Both the position numbers and the translations under genes were made by a program. A stretch of 64,000 bases of DNA from NCBI GenBank assembly GCA_964016885.1, contig OZ024756.1, forward strand, positions 9,114,001 to 9,178,000, read 5' to 3'. Shown piece after piece: positions 27,400 to 40,359 of the stretch. A model generated the notes under the pieces. That model did no database searches. It saw only the letters and a program-made list of their open reading frames with translations, and had not been told where the DNA came from. This DNA comes from Eledone cirrhosa. Lineage: Eukaryota. Position 1 is the stretch's first letter; each line of letters starts with the position of its first letter.

Positions 27400-27995
27400 C
27401 TCTCTCTCTCTCTCTCTGTGTTCTCTTTCTCTGTCCTCTTTTACTCTCTCTCTTTCTCCCTTCCCTCCTACTCTTACTACTATCACTACTATACTTAATC
27501 ACTCTCTCACTATCACCTACTCTCTCTCTCTTTCTTTCTCTGTCCTCTTTTACTCTCTCTTTATCCCTCCTACTGTTACTACTATCACTACTATACTTAA
27601 TCACTCTCTCACTATCACCTACTCTCTCTCTCTTTCTTTCTCTGTCCTCTTTTACTCTCTCTTTATCCCTCCTACTGTTACTACTATCACTACTATACTT
27701 AATCACTCTCTCACTATCACCTACTCTCTCTCTCTTTCTTTCTCTGTCCTCTTTTACTCTCTCTTTATCCCTCCTACTGTTACTACTATCACTACTATAC
27801 TTAATCACTCTCTCACTATCACCTACTCTCTCTCTCTTTCTTTCTCTGTCCTCTTTTACTCTCTCTTTATCCCTCCTACTGTTACTACTATCACTACTAT
27901 ACTTAATCACTCTCTCACTATCACCTACTCTCTCTCTCTCTTTCTTTCTCTGTCCTCCTTTACTCTCTCTCTCTTTCTCCCTCCTACTATTTAAT
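27400..27995. repeat. 102-bp pyrimidine-rich tandem array, ~5-6 copies, just upstream of CYHR1 ATG
   Basis: Period 27481 to 27583; 34-aa period in ORF track. Confidence 0.92.
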
Positions 27996-28359
27996 CTCTC
28001 ACACTCACTCACTCTCTCACTATCACTTATTCTCTCTCCATATCTCTGTGTTCTCCTTCCCCCTCTTTTACACTTCTTACTCTCTCTCTCTCTTTCTCCC
28101 ATCTACTCTTACTATCACTACTACTACTTAATCTCTCACGCTCACACTCTCACTATCATTCCCCTCACTCTCTGTCTCACACATACTCTTACTTTTACTC
28201 ACTCCCTCTCTTTCTCACACACGCTTAGACTCACTCGCACCCTCTCTCTCTCTCATACACACTCTTACTTCCTCCCACACACTCCACTCTTTCTCTCTCA
28301 CACACACCTACTCTTACTCTCACTCACCCCCCTCTCACAAACTCTCATTCTCTCTATTG

Positions 28360-28420
28360 TTGCGTTCGTTCGTTGATACGTTGATATGACGTCACTGATT
28401 CTGAACCGTCTCAGAGTAAC
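28360..28420. promoter_or_regulatory. Candidate promoter element with CRE
   Basis: CpG-retaining unique patch with TGACGTCA at 28387-28394, about 1.1 kb upstream of the ATG. Confidence 0.35.
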
Positions 28421-28559
28421 AGAACATACAAACACATCATTGTTGGGTGTGTATATATATACCTATATATATATATATGTGTGTAACTCATGTATATATT
28501 CACATATATATATATACATGCGTATATATGTAACTCATGTATATATATATATATATATA

Positions 28560-28603
<44 letters not shown>

Positions 28604-28604
28604 T

Positions 28605-28635
<31 letters not shown>

Positions 28636-28676
28636 CACATATATACACACATATATATATATATATACACATATAT

Positions 28677-28721
<45 letters not shown>

Positions 28722-29309
28722 CGTATATAGGTAACTCATGTATATATACACACACATACATATGTAACTCATGTATATATACACGCACACATATATATAT
28801 ACACACACATGTATACACACACGCACATACATATATATAACTGATGTATATATTGTATATATTATATACATAGGTCAATATATATTCTGGAGTGATCTTA
28901 CGTCTCATCAGACCAGATTTAACTTGCTTTTCCCTGGTTTACATATCTTTACTGTAGTATTTCATATAATTGCTATCTTGTCTTACACACACATCGGCCT
29001 TTGCTGTCTGTATGTATGTGTGTGTGTATGTGAATGTGCGGATGTGTGTGTACGGATGTGTGTGTCAATATGTGCGTGTGAGTGTGTGTATGTACGTGTG
29101 TGTGTGTATGTGCGGGTATGTGTGTGTGTTTGTCTATCTCACATATACATCAATAGTCTAAATTTGGAGCGATCTTCTGTCGTTCCTACTGTGCCACTGT
29201 TTTCGATATATTTAGTATAACATAATTGGCATCCTGTAGGTAGAAGCTAGTGACATTAGAAGGTAGTGTAATATTTCAAATATTTGCTTAACACACACGC
29301 CAAATATAA

Positions 29310-29395
29310 GAGGTACTTACCCTTTCATCTACATACAGATACGGGTAGATGTGTTTTTACAATTACACCCGTCTCGCGTTGGAAGTGAAATTTAT
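29310..29395 (-). promoter_or_regulatory. Candidate TSS / non-coding first exon
   Basis: CpG patch CCCGTCTCGCGTTGGAAGTG (ETS-like GGAAGT) and minus-strand GG|GTAAGT donor near 29320. Confidence 0.3.
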
Positions 29396-29584
29396 GTTTT
29401 TCTTTTTTTAAACGAATGTGATTGTTAAAACCGTCGGGAATTATTCTAGTAAGAGATGGAGGGTGGCCTCTAGTCCCCTCACTTCTTCAGTTCCCGACGG
29501 TTTTGAAAGTCAGATTCGTTCAAAAACATACAAAAAACCCGCAAGGGTAACAATAATTATACCTCCAACTCTAGGCGGGTGTTG

Positions 29585-30490
29585 GGGACAGTACCCGGCC
29601 ACAATGACCCAGGATGTAGGGGGAAGTACCTCACCACAAAGAACAAAGACCTAGGGTGTAGGGAGAAGTGCCTCACCACAAAGACCCAGGGTGTAGGGGG
29701 AAGTACCTCAGCACACGACCCAGGATCTAGGGAGCAGTAACTCACCACAAAGACCCAAGGTGTTGGGACAGTACCTCACCACAAAGACCCAGGGTGTAGG
29801 GAGAAGTACTTCACCACAAGGGCCCAGGATGTAGGGGGAAGTACCTCACCACAAAGAACAAAGACCCAGGGTGTAGGGAGAAATGCCTCACCACAAAGAC
29901 CCAGGGTGTAGGGGGAAGTACCTCAGCACACGACCCAGGATGTAGGGAGCAGTAACTCACCACAAAGACCCAAGGTGTTGGGACAGTACCTCGCCACAAA
30001 GATCCAGGGTGTAGGGAGAAGTACTTCACCACAATGACCCAGGATGTAGGGGGAAGTACCTCACCACAAAGAACAAAGACCCAGGGTGTAGGGAGAAGTG
30101 CCTCACCACAAAGACCCAGGGTGTAGGGGGAAGTACCTCAGCACACGACCCAGGATGTAGGGAGCAGTAACTCACCACAAAGACCCAAGGTGTTGGGACA
30201 GTACCTCACCACAAAGACCCGGGGTGTAGGGAGAAGTACTTCACCACAAGGGCCCAGGATGTAGGGGGAAGTACCTCATCACAAGGGCCCAGGATGTAGG
30301 GGGAAGTACCTCATCACAAGGGCCCAGGATGTAGGGGGAAGTACCTCACCACAAGGGCCCAGGATGGATGTAGGGGGAAGTACCTCACCACAAGGGCCCA
30401 GGATGTAGGGGGAAGTACCTCACCACAAAGACCCAGGATGTAGGGGGAAGTACCTCACCACAAGGGCCCAGGATGTAGGGGAAAGTACCA
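29585..30490. repeat. 35-bp minisatellite with 215-bp higher-order repeat
   Basis: Marker GAACAAAGAC at 29641, 29856, 30071. Confidence 0.93.
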
Positions 30491-30664
30491 GGAGGAATTA
30501 CAACACAAAGTAAGATTTACATCAAGTAAAAACACTCCAAATTAACAAACAAAAATTCTACAATAGAGAGGGGGGAAACGCCCCACCAGAGTCTCACCAT
30601 ACAGGGGGCTCTTGGTGGTTTTTGTTGTGACATCAGTATGACCACTTTACACAGTGAACTGGAT

Positions 30665-31268
30665 GCTTTTTGTTGTGGCACCATCATAGAAGGGGCACTG
30701 TGGGGGGGGGGGGGCACTAACACTACCACCTTAGAGGGGAGATTGGTACTTTTTGTTGTGGTACCAGCACTACCACCTTAGAGGGGAGATTGGTACTTTT
30801 GGTTGTGGCACCAGCACTACCACTTTAGTGTAGAGATTAGTACTTTTTGTTATGGCACCAGCACTACCACCTTAGAGGGGAGATTGGTACTTTTGGTTAT
30901 GGCACCAGCACTACCACATTAGAGGGGAGATTGGTACTTTTGGTTGTGACACCAGCCTTACGAGCTTAGAGGGGAGATTGGTACATTTGGTTGTGGCACC
31001 AGCACTACCACCTTAGAGGGGAGATTGGTACTTTTGGTTGTGGCACCAGCACTACCACTTTAGAGGGGAGATTGGTACATTTTGTTGTGACACCAGCACT
31101 ACCACCTTAGAGGGGAGATTGGTACTTTTGGTTGTGGCACCAGCACTACCACTTTAGTGGGGAGATTGGTACTTTTGGTTGTGGCACCAGCACTACCACT
31201 TTAGTGGGGTGATTAGTACTTTTTGTTATGGCACCAGCACTACCACCATAGAGGGGAGATTGGTACTT
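30665..31268. repeat. 47-bp tandem array, ~12 copies
   Basis: Unit TTAGAGGGGAGATTGGTACTTTTGGTTGTGGCACCAGCACTACCACC. Confidence 0.93.
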
Positions 31269-31332
31269 TACTAATATTTTTGTTCTTTGTATGCCGTTCA
31301 AAATCTCGCGGCACACTGGTTGAGAATCACTG

Positions 31333-31542
31333 CCTTAGCATTTAAACCAGCCATATCTGGCCAGAATTCTCTCACCTCTTTCTGTTCAAACCAGCTGTAA
31401 CTGGCAACTCATACTGATGTTAAGGTATTGTTCTCAAAATACATAATATCAATATCTCGTAGATTTGATATTATGTGAGGTAAAGCATTTACCCCCAAAA
31501 TACAATAATTGATATAGAGTAATGTAAATGCTAAAGGGTTAA
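31333..31542 (+). mobile_element. piggyBac-like MITE (monomeric form of the 72-bp satellite family)
   Basis: CCTTAGCATTTA ... TAAATGCTAAAGGG-TTAA; homologous to 49907-50126. Confidence 0.8.
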
Positions 31543-31836
31543 ATATGTTATAATACCTTTACTAGTGGACATATTGTTGGACTAATTTGTGGTAAACTAA
31601 AGCAAAAACTTTAATTTCTAACATAATGAAGTCATAGTACTCTTTTGTACTTTTCAAGAATTAATTACTTATACAGTTTTGTGCTGTACAAGATGTGAAG
31701 AATTAAATTGACAGGTTTATTAGTTTCTACAAATACATATCAAAAATATATTAGAATATTTTAAAATTCTAATATATTGATACACTTCACATGTCCATAC
31801 CATCACAAACTCTTCACTTGTACACTGCATCTGATC

Positions 31837-32329
31837 CAAAGCCGTAACTAGGATATGGCACGTGCTATGGGTGCCACATGAAGGGGGACACCACTTGGAC
31901 TAGGAGCACGTGCCATGGGCGTCACTTGGAATAGGAGCAGGTTCTATTAAAGTCAGATAAGCTATCATCAGAGAGTGAAAAAAGAAACTCCTTCAGATGT
32001 ATGATCTGTCTCTATCGTGGGTGAGAACACTATGGTGGCTGGATCTTTAAACCATTTATATAGATTATAGACCTCCATAGGTAGAAATACTGTGCTGTGT
32101 AGGGGTGCAATTTCACAGCTTGCCATAGGGGCTATTTTACCTAGTTATGCCTCTGGACAGGGGCACAATTTCACAGCTTGCCATAGGGGCTATTTTACCT
32201 AGTTATGCCTCTGGACAGGGGCACAATTTCACTGCTTGCCATAGGGGCTATTTTACCTAGTTATGCCTCTGGACAGGGGCACAATTTCACTGTTTGCCAT
32301 AGGGGCTATTTTCCCTAGTTATGCCTCTG
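31837..32329 (+). mobile_element. MITE with right end repeated four times (58-bp unit)
   Basis: Left GCCGTAACTAGG, right CCTAGTTATGCCTCTG repeated; period 32161 to 32219. Confidence 0.65.
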
Positions 32330-33240
32330 ACATGATCCTTCTTATGTTCAACTTTTCCCTCAGTTTATTCATATTTCATTGTTCATACCCACTATTATTA
32401 CACATCCATACTCACTTCTTTCTTTCCAATCTTTGCAGATCCTCTGTATTCAAGGCCCAAGTCCTACTTCCATGTAGTATTATTGCAAATAGCATACAAG
32501 TATTACAAAACACTAAATATCTTCTTCGTTCACTTATTCCTGACAGGATCATGGAGGCAGAGTCCTCAAATACTATTTTCAGCAGATCCTGTCAGAATCA
32601 ACAGTCTCCAACTGATCCAGCTGTATCCACAAGTGAGACCAGCCAAGCTCATCATCATCATCATCCTTTAACGTCCATATTCCACGCTTGCATGGGTTTG
32701 GACGGGAGTTTTCCCACTTGAGGCAAGAGTGGTTGTCTTGCTCGCATAGGACTGTCTGGCGGGTTTTCTACAGCTGGATGCCCTTCCTAACACCAACCAC
32801 ATTTACAGTGTGGACTGGGAGGTTTTTACCGTGTTACCTACACGGCCACATTACAGCGTGGACTGTGTGTTTTTTTGTCGTGACACCTACATGACCTCAT
32901 TTGTTTCGGCCTGGATGTTGTGGTACCAACATAACTTTACATTGAAAGGGGTGGTGTGGATGGGGTGGGGGTAGTGGGATGGGGGGTGTATTTTGTTAGA
33001 GGTGCCTATGTATGTTATCCAACCATCTTGCACGGGATCTAGCCCCTGGGTCTCCTGTTGGTTGGTTTTGCTTGTAAAATCTGTCCAGTGATTTTCTCTT
33101 CAGACATTCTAACCACATGCCCATAGTATCAGAACTGTGATCTCTCAGTTCAGAGAAGTAGCGGCTCTACCTGGAGTGACTAGTCTCATCTCCGAGTTAT
33201 ACACTTTATCGAGTAACGTTACTCCAAAGACACTTCGGAT
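32330..33240 (-). mobile_element. Degraded RTE fragments including 3' UTR copy at 32650-33010
   Basis: Minus-strand LHGSRTWAL and YYGHVVRM remnants; UTR matches 42170-42510. Confidence 0.65.
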
Positions 33241-33628
33241 GCTTGTAAAATACTGTGACATGAATTTAAAACTACAAAGTACCATTTTTAAAGTCAACAT
33301 TTTATTAAATTATATTTTTCACAGCAAAATGAATACAGTTTAGCTAAATCATCAAATCATTGTTGTCATCTACAACAATCTGAGACGTTAGATGTTAATA
33401 TTTAATAACAATTGTGATGGGATGTTAATCTTTAGCACGTTGAATGTTTAAATGAATTACTTCCCTTGACACTGTATTATGTATTAAGGGGAGGTTACTC
33501 CTTTGGCAACATGAGGCACCTAGAGCACCCAGAAGGTTAAATAGTCCTTAATATTTCACGATGAAATCCCTTTATCAAAAGAACAGTTGAAGAAGTAAAT
33601 AGGAACAGCATTAGAACAACACAAAATA

Positions 33629-33960
33629 TCATCATCATGGGTTTGACAGGTCCTTCTCAGCACAGCATCTCTCCACTTGTCTGCATGGGTTTGACAGGTC
33701 CTTCTCAGCACAACATCTCTCCACTTGTCTGCATGGGTTTGACAGGTCCTTCTCAGCACAACATCTCTCCACTTGTCTGCATGGGTTTGACAGGTCCTTC
33801 TCAGCACAGCATCTCTCCACTCGCGTTTCTTCGTCATATCCTCTGTGAGTCTGAGGTCAGCTCTCACCTCCACTGCCCAGGTCTTTCTTGGTCTCCCTCT
33901 ATTGCAGCTTCCTTCCATTGCTATTTCTTCACCCATCGATCATCATCGATGCACATCAAA
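33629..33960 (-). mobile_element. RTE 3' fragment with 48-bp unit repeated four times
   Basis: GRPRKTW motif; WRDAVLRRTCQTHADK repeated. Confidence 0.8.
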
Positions 33961-34036
33961 TATCCTGCTCTGAATAAATTTCCTTAACTCTTCTTTTGAT
34001 GAAGGGGTTTCATCCTAAAATATCAAGGACTATTAA

Positions 34037-34546
34037 CCTGTTGACTGTTGAGTATATTTTACACAGCTACAGTTGCTGTGTTGACTGCTGAGTATATTTT
34101 ACACAGCTACAGTTGCTGTGTTGACTGCTGAGTATATTTTACACAGCTACAGTTGCTGTGTTGACTGCTGTGTATATTTTACACAGCTACAGTTGCTGTG
34201 TTGACTGCTGAGTATATTTTACACAGCTACAGTTGCTGTGTTGACTGCTGAGTATATTTTACACAGCTACAGTTGCTGTGTTGACTGCTGAGTATATTTT
34301 ACACAGCTACAGTTGCTGTGTTGACTGCTGTGTGTATTTTACACAGCTACAGTTGCTGTGTACTGGGTTTTTTTCAGTAAAATGACTATTTTTTTAAAAC
34401 AAACATTTATTAACAACACATATCTGATTGATTGACAAACATCACATCAATAAACTAGTAACGCCATCTAGCTGTGAAGTTATGAACTATTGGAAATGAG
34501 TTGAAACATGTTAGGAGTAGTTATCTCATCTATGGCACTGAAGAGG
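34037..34546 (+). mobile_element. piggyBac-like MITE with 8 x 40-bp internal repeat
   Basis: TTAA|CCTGTTGACTG ... CACTGAAGAGG|TTAA. Confidence 0.8.
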
Positions 34547-34674
34547 TTAAACAACTTCCACCATCTTTGTTATATTTTTATCATCTAATATCCCATGTGA
34601 TAGCTGTCTCATAAGTCACACCATTTGCTACACTTTTCATAATGTTTCAAGTAAACTACAACACCCACTTGTCA

Positions 34675-37405
34675 TATAGGTGGCAGTAGTAGTGGTATAG
34701 GTGGTAGTAGTAGTAGTGGTATAGGTGGGAGTAGTAGTAGTGGTATAGGTGGCAGTAGTAGTGGTATAGGTGGTAGTAGTAGTAGTGGTATAGGTGGCAG
34801 TCGTAGTGGTATAGGTGGTAGTAGTAGTGGTATAGGTGGTAGTAGTAGTAGTGGTATAGGTGGCAGTAGTAGTGGTATAGGTGGTAGTAGTAGTGGTATA
34901 GGTGGTAGTAGTAGTAGTGGTATAGGTGGCAGTAGTAGTGGTATAGGTGGCAGTAGTAGTGGTATAGGTGGCAGCAGTAGTGGTATAGGTGGCAGCAGTA
35001 GTGGTATAGGTGGCAGTAGTAGTGGTATAGGTGGTAGTAGTAGTGGTATAGGTGGCAGTAGTAGTGGTATATGTGGTAGTAGTAGTGGTATAGGTGGTAG
35101 TAGTAGTGGTATAGGTGGCAGTAGTAGTGGTATAGGTGGCAGTAGTAGTGGTATAGGTGGCAGTAGTAGTGGTATAGGTGGTAGTAGTAGTGGTATAGGT
35201 GGTAGTAGTAGTGGTATAGGTGGTAGTAGTAGTGGTATAGGTGGTAGTGGTATAGGTGGTAGTAGTAGTGGTATAGGTGGCAGTAGTAGTGGTTTAGGTG
35301 GTAGTAGTAGTGGTATAGGTGGCAGTAGTAGTGGTATAGGTGGCAGTAGTAGTGGTATAGGTGGCAGTAGTAGTGGTATAGGTGGTAGTAGTAGTGGTAT
35401 AGGTGGTAGTAGTAGTGGTATAGGTGGCAGTAGTAGTGGTATAGGCGGTAGTAGTGGTATAGGTAGTAGTAGTAGTGGTATAGGTGGCAGTAGTAGTGGT
35501 ATAGGTGGTAGCAGTAGTGGTATAGGTGGTAGTAGTAGTGGTATAGGCGGTAGTAGTGGTATAGGTGGTAGTAGTAGTGGTATAGCTGGGAGTAGTAGTG
35601 GTATAGGTGGTAGTAGTAGTGGTATAGGTGGTAGTAGTAGTGGTATAGGTGGCAGTAGTAGTGGTATAGGTGGTAGTAGTAGTGGTATAGGTGGGAGTAG
35701 TAGTAGTGGTATATGTGGTAGTAGTAGTAGTGGTATAGGTGGTAGTAGTAGTAGTGGTATAGGTGGTAGTAGTAGTGGTATAGGTGGTAGTAGTAGTGGT
35801 ATAGGTGGTAGTAGTAGTGGTATAGGTGGTAGTAGTAGTGGTATAGGTGGTAGTAGTAGTGGTATAGGTGGCAGTAGTAGTGGTATAGGTGGTAGTAGTA
35901 GTCGTATAGGTGGTAGTAGTAGTGGTATAGGCGGTAGTAGTGGTATAGGTAGTAGTAGTAGTGGTATAGGTGGCAGTAGTAGTGGTATAGGTGGTAGCAG
36001 TAGTGGTATAGGTGGTAGTAGTAGTAGTGGTATAGGTGGTAGTAGTAGTGGTATAGGTGGTAGTAGTAGTGGTATAGGTGGTAGTAGTAGTGGTATAGGT
36101 GGCAGTAGTAGTGGTATAGGTGGTAGTAGTAGTGGTATAGGTGGCAGTAGTAGTGGTATAGGCGGTAGTAGTGGTATAGGTGGTAGTAGTAGTAGTGGTA
36201 TAGGTGGTAGTAGTAGTGGTATAGGTGGTAGTAGTAGTGGTATAGGTGGTAGTAGTAGTGGTATAGGTGGCAGTAGTAGTGGTATAGGTGGTAGTAGTAG
36301 TCGTATAGGTGGTAGTAGTAGTGGTATAGGTGGCAGCAGTAGTGGTATAGGTGGTAGTAGTAGTGGTATAGGTGGTAGTAGTAGTGGTATAGGTGGCAGC
36401 AGTAGTGGTATAGGTGGTAGTAGTAGTGGTATAGGTGGTAGTAGTAGTGGTATAGGTGGCAGTAGTAGTGGTATAGGTGGCAGTAGTATTGGTATAGGTG
36501 GCAGTAGTAGTGGTATAGGTGGTAGTAGTAGTGGTATAGGTGGTAGTGGTATAGGTGGCAGCAGTAGTGGTATAGGTGGCAGTCGTAGTGGTATAGGTGG
36601 TAGTAGTAGTGGTATAGGTGGCAGTAGTAGTGGTTTAGGTGGTAGTAGTAGTGGTATAGGTGGTAGTAGTAGTGGTATAGGTGGCAGTAGTAGTGGTATA
36701 GGTGGCAGTAGTAGTGGTATAGGTGGTAGTAGTAGTGGTATAGGTGGTAGTAGTAGTGGTATAGGTGGTAGTAGTAGTGGTATAGGTGGTAGTAGTAGTG
36801 GTATAGGTAGTAGTAGTAGTAGTATAGGTGGTAGCAGTAGTGGTATAGGTGGTAGTAGTAGTGGTATAGGCGGTAGTAGTGGTATAGGTGGCAGTAGTAG
36901 TGGTATAGGTGGCAGTAGTAGTGGTATAGGTAGTAGTAGTGGTATAGGTAGTAGTAGTTGTGGTATAGGTGGTAGTAGTAGTGGTATAGGTGGTAGTAGT
37001 ATAGGTGGTAGTAGTAGTGGTATAGCTGGGAGTAGTAGTGGTATAGGTGGTAGTAGTAGTGGTATAGGTGGTAGTAGTAGTGGTATAGGTGGTAGTAGTA
37101 GTGGTATAGGTGGTAGTAGTTGTGGTATAGGTGGCAGTAATAGTGGTATAGGTGGTAGTAGTAGTGGTAGTAGTAGTGGTATAGGTGGTAGTAGTAGTGG
37201 TATAGGTGGTAGTAGTAGTGGTATAGGTGCCACCTATACTGTAAATACTGCCACCTGTACTACTACTACTGCCACCTGTACTACTACTACTGCCACCTGT
37301 ACTACTACTACTGCCACCTGTGCTACTACTACTGCCACCTGTGCTACTACTACTGCCACCTGTACCACTACCACCTATACCACTACCACTACTACTACCA
37401 CCTAT
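34675..37405. repeat. ~21-bp G-rich array (GGTATAGGTGGTAGTAGTAGT) with short inverted terminal block
   Basis: Strand switch at GTATAGGTG-C-CACCTATAC, 37221-37239. Confidence 0.95.
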
Positions 37406-37487
37406 ACTGTAACTATTGTACATTCCAATAGAGGGTAAACCCTGAGATAGAACTGAAGGAACTTTATTAAAGATGAAGATGGAGATA

Positions 37488-38568
37488 TCATCATCACCAC
37501 CACCACCACCACCACCACCACCACCATCACCATCACCACCACCACCACCATCACCATCACCACCACCACCACCACCACCATCACCACCACCACCACCATC
37601 ACCATCACCACCACCACCACCATCGCCATCATCACCACCACCATCACCATCACCACCACCATCACCACCACCACCACCATCACCATCACCACCACCACCA
37701 CCATCACCATCACCACCACCACCACCATCGCCATCATCACCACCACCATCACCACCACCACCATCACCATCATCATCACCACCACCACCACCACCACCAC
37801 CACCACCATCACCACCACCACCATCACCACCATCATCACCACCATCATCACCACCACCACCATCACCATCATCACCACCACCACCACCACCACCATCATC
37901 ACCACCACCACCACCACCACCACCATCACCACCACCACCATCACCACCACCACCACCACCATCACCACCACCATCACCACCACCATCATCACCACCACCA
38001 CCATCATCACCACCACCACCACCACCACCATCACCATCACCACCACCACCACCAACATCACCATCACCATCACCACCACCACCACCACCACCACCATCAC
38101 CACCATCATCACCACCACCACCATCATCACCACCACCATCACCACCATCACCATCACCACCACCACCACCACCATCATCACCACCACCACCACCACCACC
38201 ACCACCACCACCACCACCACCACCATCACCACCACCATCACCACCACCATCATCACCACCATCACCACCACCACCACCACCACCATCACCACCATCACCA
38301 CCACCATCACCACCACCATCACCACCATCACCACCAACACCACCACCATCATCATCATCACCACCACCACCACCACCACCACCATCACCACCATCATCAC
38401 CACCACCACCATCATCACCACCACCACCACCGCCATCACCACCATTTAACAACACTTTTCCCAGTTAGTGGATTGAGACATCTATCATCATCATCATCAT
38501 CATCATCATCACAATCATCATCATCATCATCATCATCATCACAATCATCATCATCATCATCATCATCA
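37488..38568. repeat. (CAC)/(CAT) trinucleotide tracts
   Basis: Direct inspection. Confidence 0.95.
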
Positions 38569-39000
38569 TTTAATGTCTGTTTTCTCTGCTAGTGGATTAA
38601 CTGAGACGTCTATCCAAAACCTTTGGGAAAGAAGTCCGATGGACAGCAGCTGGTGAAGACTGACGTCGAGAATGAAGGGCTTTTGCTGAGAGACCCCGTG
38701 GCAGTCGGAATTTGTTTGGGGCAGCCATAGTGAAGAGGCCGCTCATTGCTCCAGGGGAAAACACACTACCCTCAGTTGTGGAAAACCTAAACAAACAGAA
38801 ATTGCAGCATTGATGGACATAAGAATCTCCATTTTACTGACTTAACTAATTATAGAAGAACCAAGGGAAAAATAGGATCCTGGTAGGAGGAGGAGAGTGA
38901 AGACAAAAGATAGGTGGATGGTGAGGTTAAGAAGGAACAGGTATCATCTGATGTAACACTTTCTCCATTTTGTCCACTGGGATCTTGGGGCAGCTTGTGC

Positions 39001-40165
39001 TTAACCCTTTATCATTTACTCTATATATACCATTGTATTTTCACAGTAAAGGCTTTACCTCACATAATATCTCACATAACATTTACATTACTCTATATAT
39101 ACCATTGTATTTTCACAGTAAAGGCTTTACCTCACATAATATCTCACATACCATTTACATTACTCTATATATACCATTGTATTTTCACAGTAAAGGCTTT
39201 ACCTCACATAATATCTCACATACCATTTACATTACTCTATATATACCATTGTATTTTCACAGTAAAGGCTTTACCTCACATAATATCTCACATAGCATTT
39301 ACATTACTCTATATATACCATTGTATTTTCACAGTAAAGGTTTACCTCACATAATATCTCACATACCATTTACATTACTCTATATATACCATTGTATTTT
39401 CACAGTAAAGGCTTTACCTCACATAATATCTCACATAGCATTTACATTACTCTATATATACCATTGTATTTTCACAGTAAAGGCTTTACCTCACATAATA
39501 TCTCACATAACATTTACATTACTCTATATATTCTATTGTATTTTCACAGTAAAGGCTTTACCTCACATAATATCTCACATAACATTTACATTACTCTATA
39601 TATACCATTGTATTTTCACAGTAAAGTCTTTACCTCACATAATATCTCACATAACATTTACATTACTCTATATATTCTATTGTATTTTCACAGTAAAGGC
39701 TTTACCTCACATAATATCTCACATAACATTTACATTACTCTATATATACCATTGTATTTTCACAGTAAAGTCTTTACCTCACATAATATCTCACATAACA
39801 TTTACATTACTCTATATATATACCATTGTATTTTCACAGTAAAGGCTTTACCTCACATAATATCTCACATAACATTTACATTACTCTATATATTCTATTG
39901 TATTTTCACAGTAAAGGCTTTACCTCACATAATATCTCACATAACATTTACATTACTCTATATATACCATTGTATTTTCACAGTAAAGGCTTTACCTCAC
40001 ATAATATCTCACATAACATTTACATTACTCTATATATTCTATTGTATTTTCACAGTAAAGGCTTTACCTCACATAATATCTCACATAACATTTACATTAC
40101 TCTATATATACCATTGTATTTTCACAGTAAAGTCTTTACCTCACAATATCTCACATAACATTTAA
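39001..40165 (-). repeat. 72-bp array, ~16 copies, starting at a MITE terminus
   Basis: Begins TTAACCCTTT; unit is reverse complement of the subterminal part of MITE 31333-31542. Confidence 0.93.
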
Positions 40166-40359
40166 ATGATATAATATATACTATGTATAAATTAATATTA
40201 TATATTTTATATTTTACTATATGTATCATTTGATATTTAATATAGTATATCATGTCTGCCCTCTGCCCCCCTGGTTGAGGTCCTGCAGGACAGACAACAT
40301 TCTTCCCAAAACTGTCAGGGATGGTATTGAGGTAGTGATGGTGTAAGTTGATATCTGTC

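Noticed and set aside
21532-28908. YI/HT/CV-rich ORFs
   Set aside because: Dinucleotide microsatellite artefacts.
29428-29506. Minus-strand CTGAAGA closing a long stem, read as a hammerhead
   Set aside because: No GAAA-helix III-UH; simple foldback symmetry explains it.
32547-32632. Possible plus-strand exon (CAG|GATCATGGAG...ACAA|GTGAGA) of a divergent gene
   Set aside because: Lies among RTE debris, the peptide is unrecognisable, it contains an inverted CTGACAGGATC/GATCCTGTCAG pair resembling repeat debris, and no partner exons were found; needs RNA-seq.
34672-38468. Long Pro/Leu, Gly/Asp and Pro/Ser ORFs resembling extensin or mucin
   Set aside because: Translations of simple repeats open in several frames; no signal peptide, splice context or unique domain.
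38590-38830. GC-balanced unique segment as possible exon
   Set aside because: No recognisable peptide or convincing splice pair; probably TE-derived but unassignable by eye.
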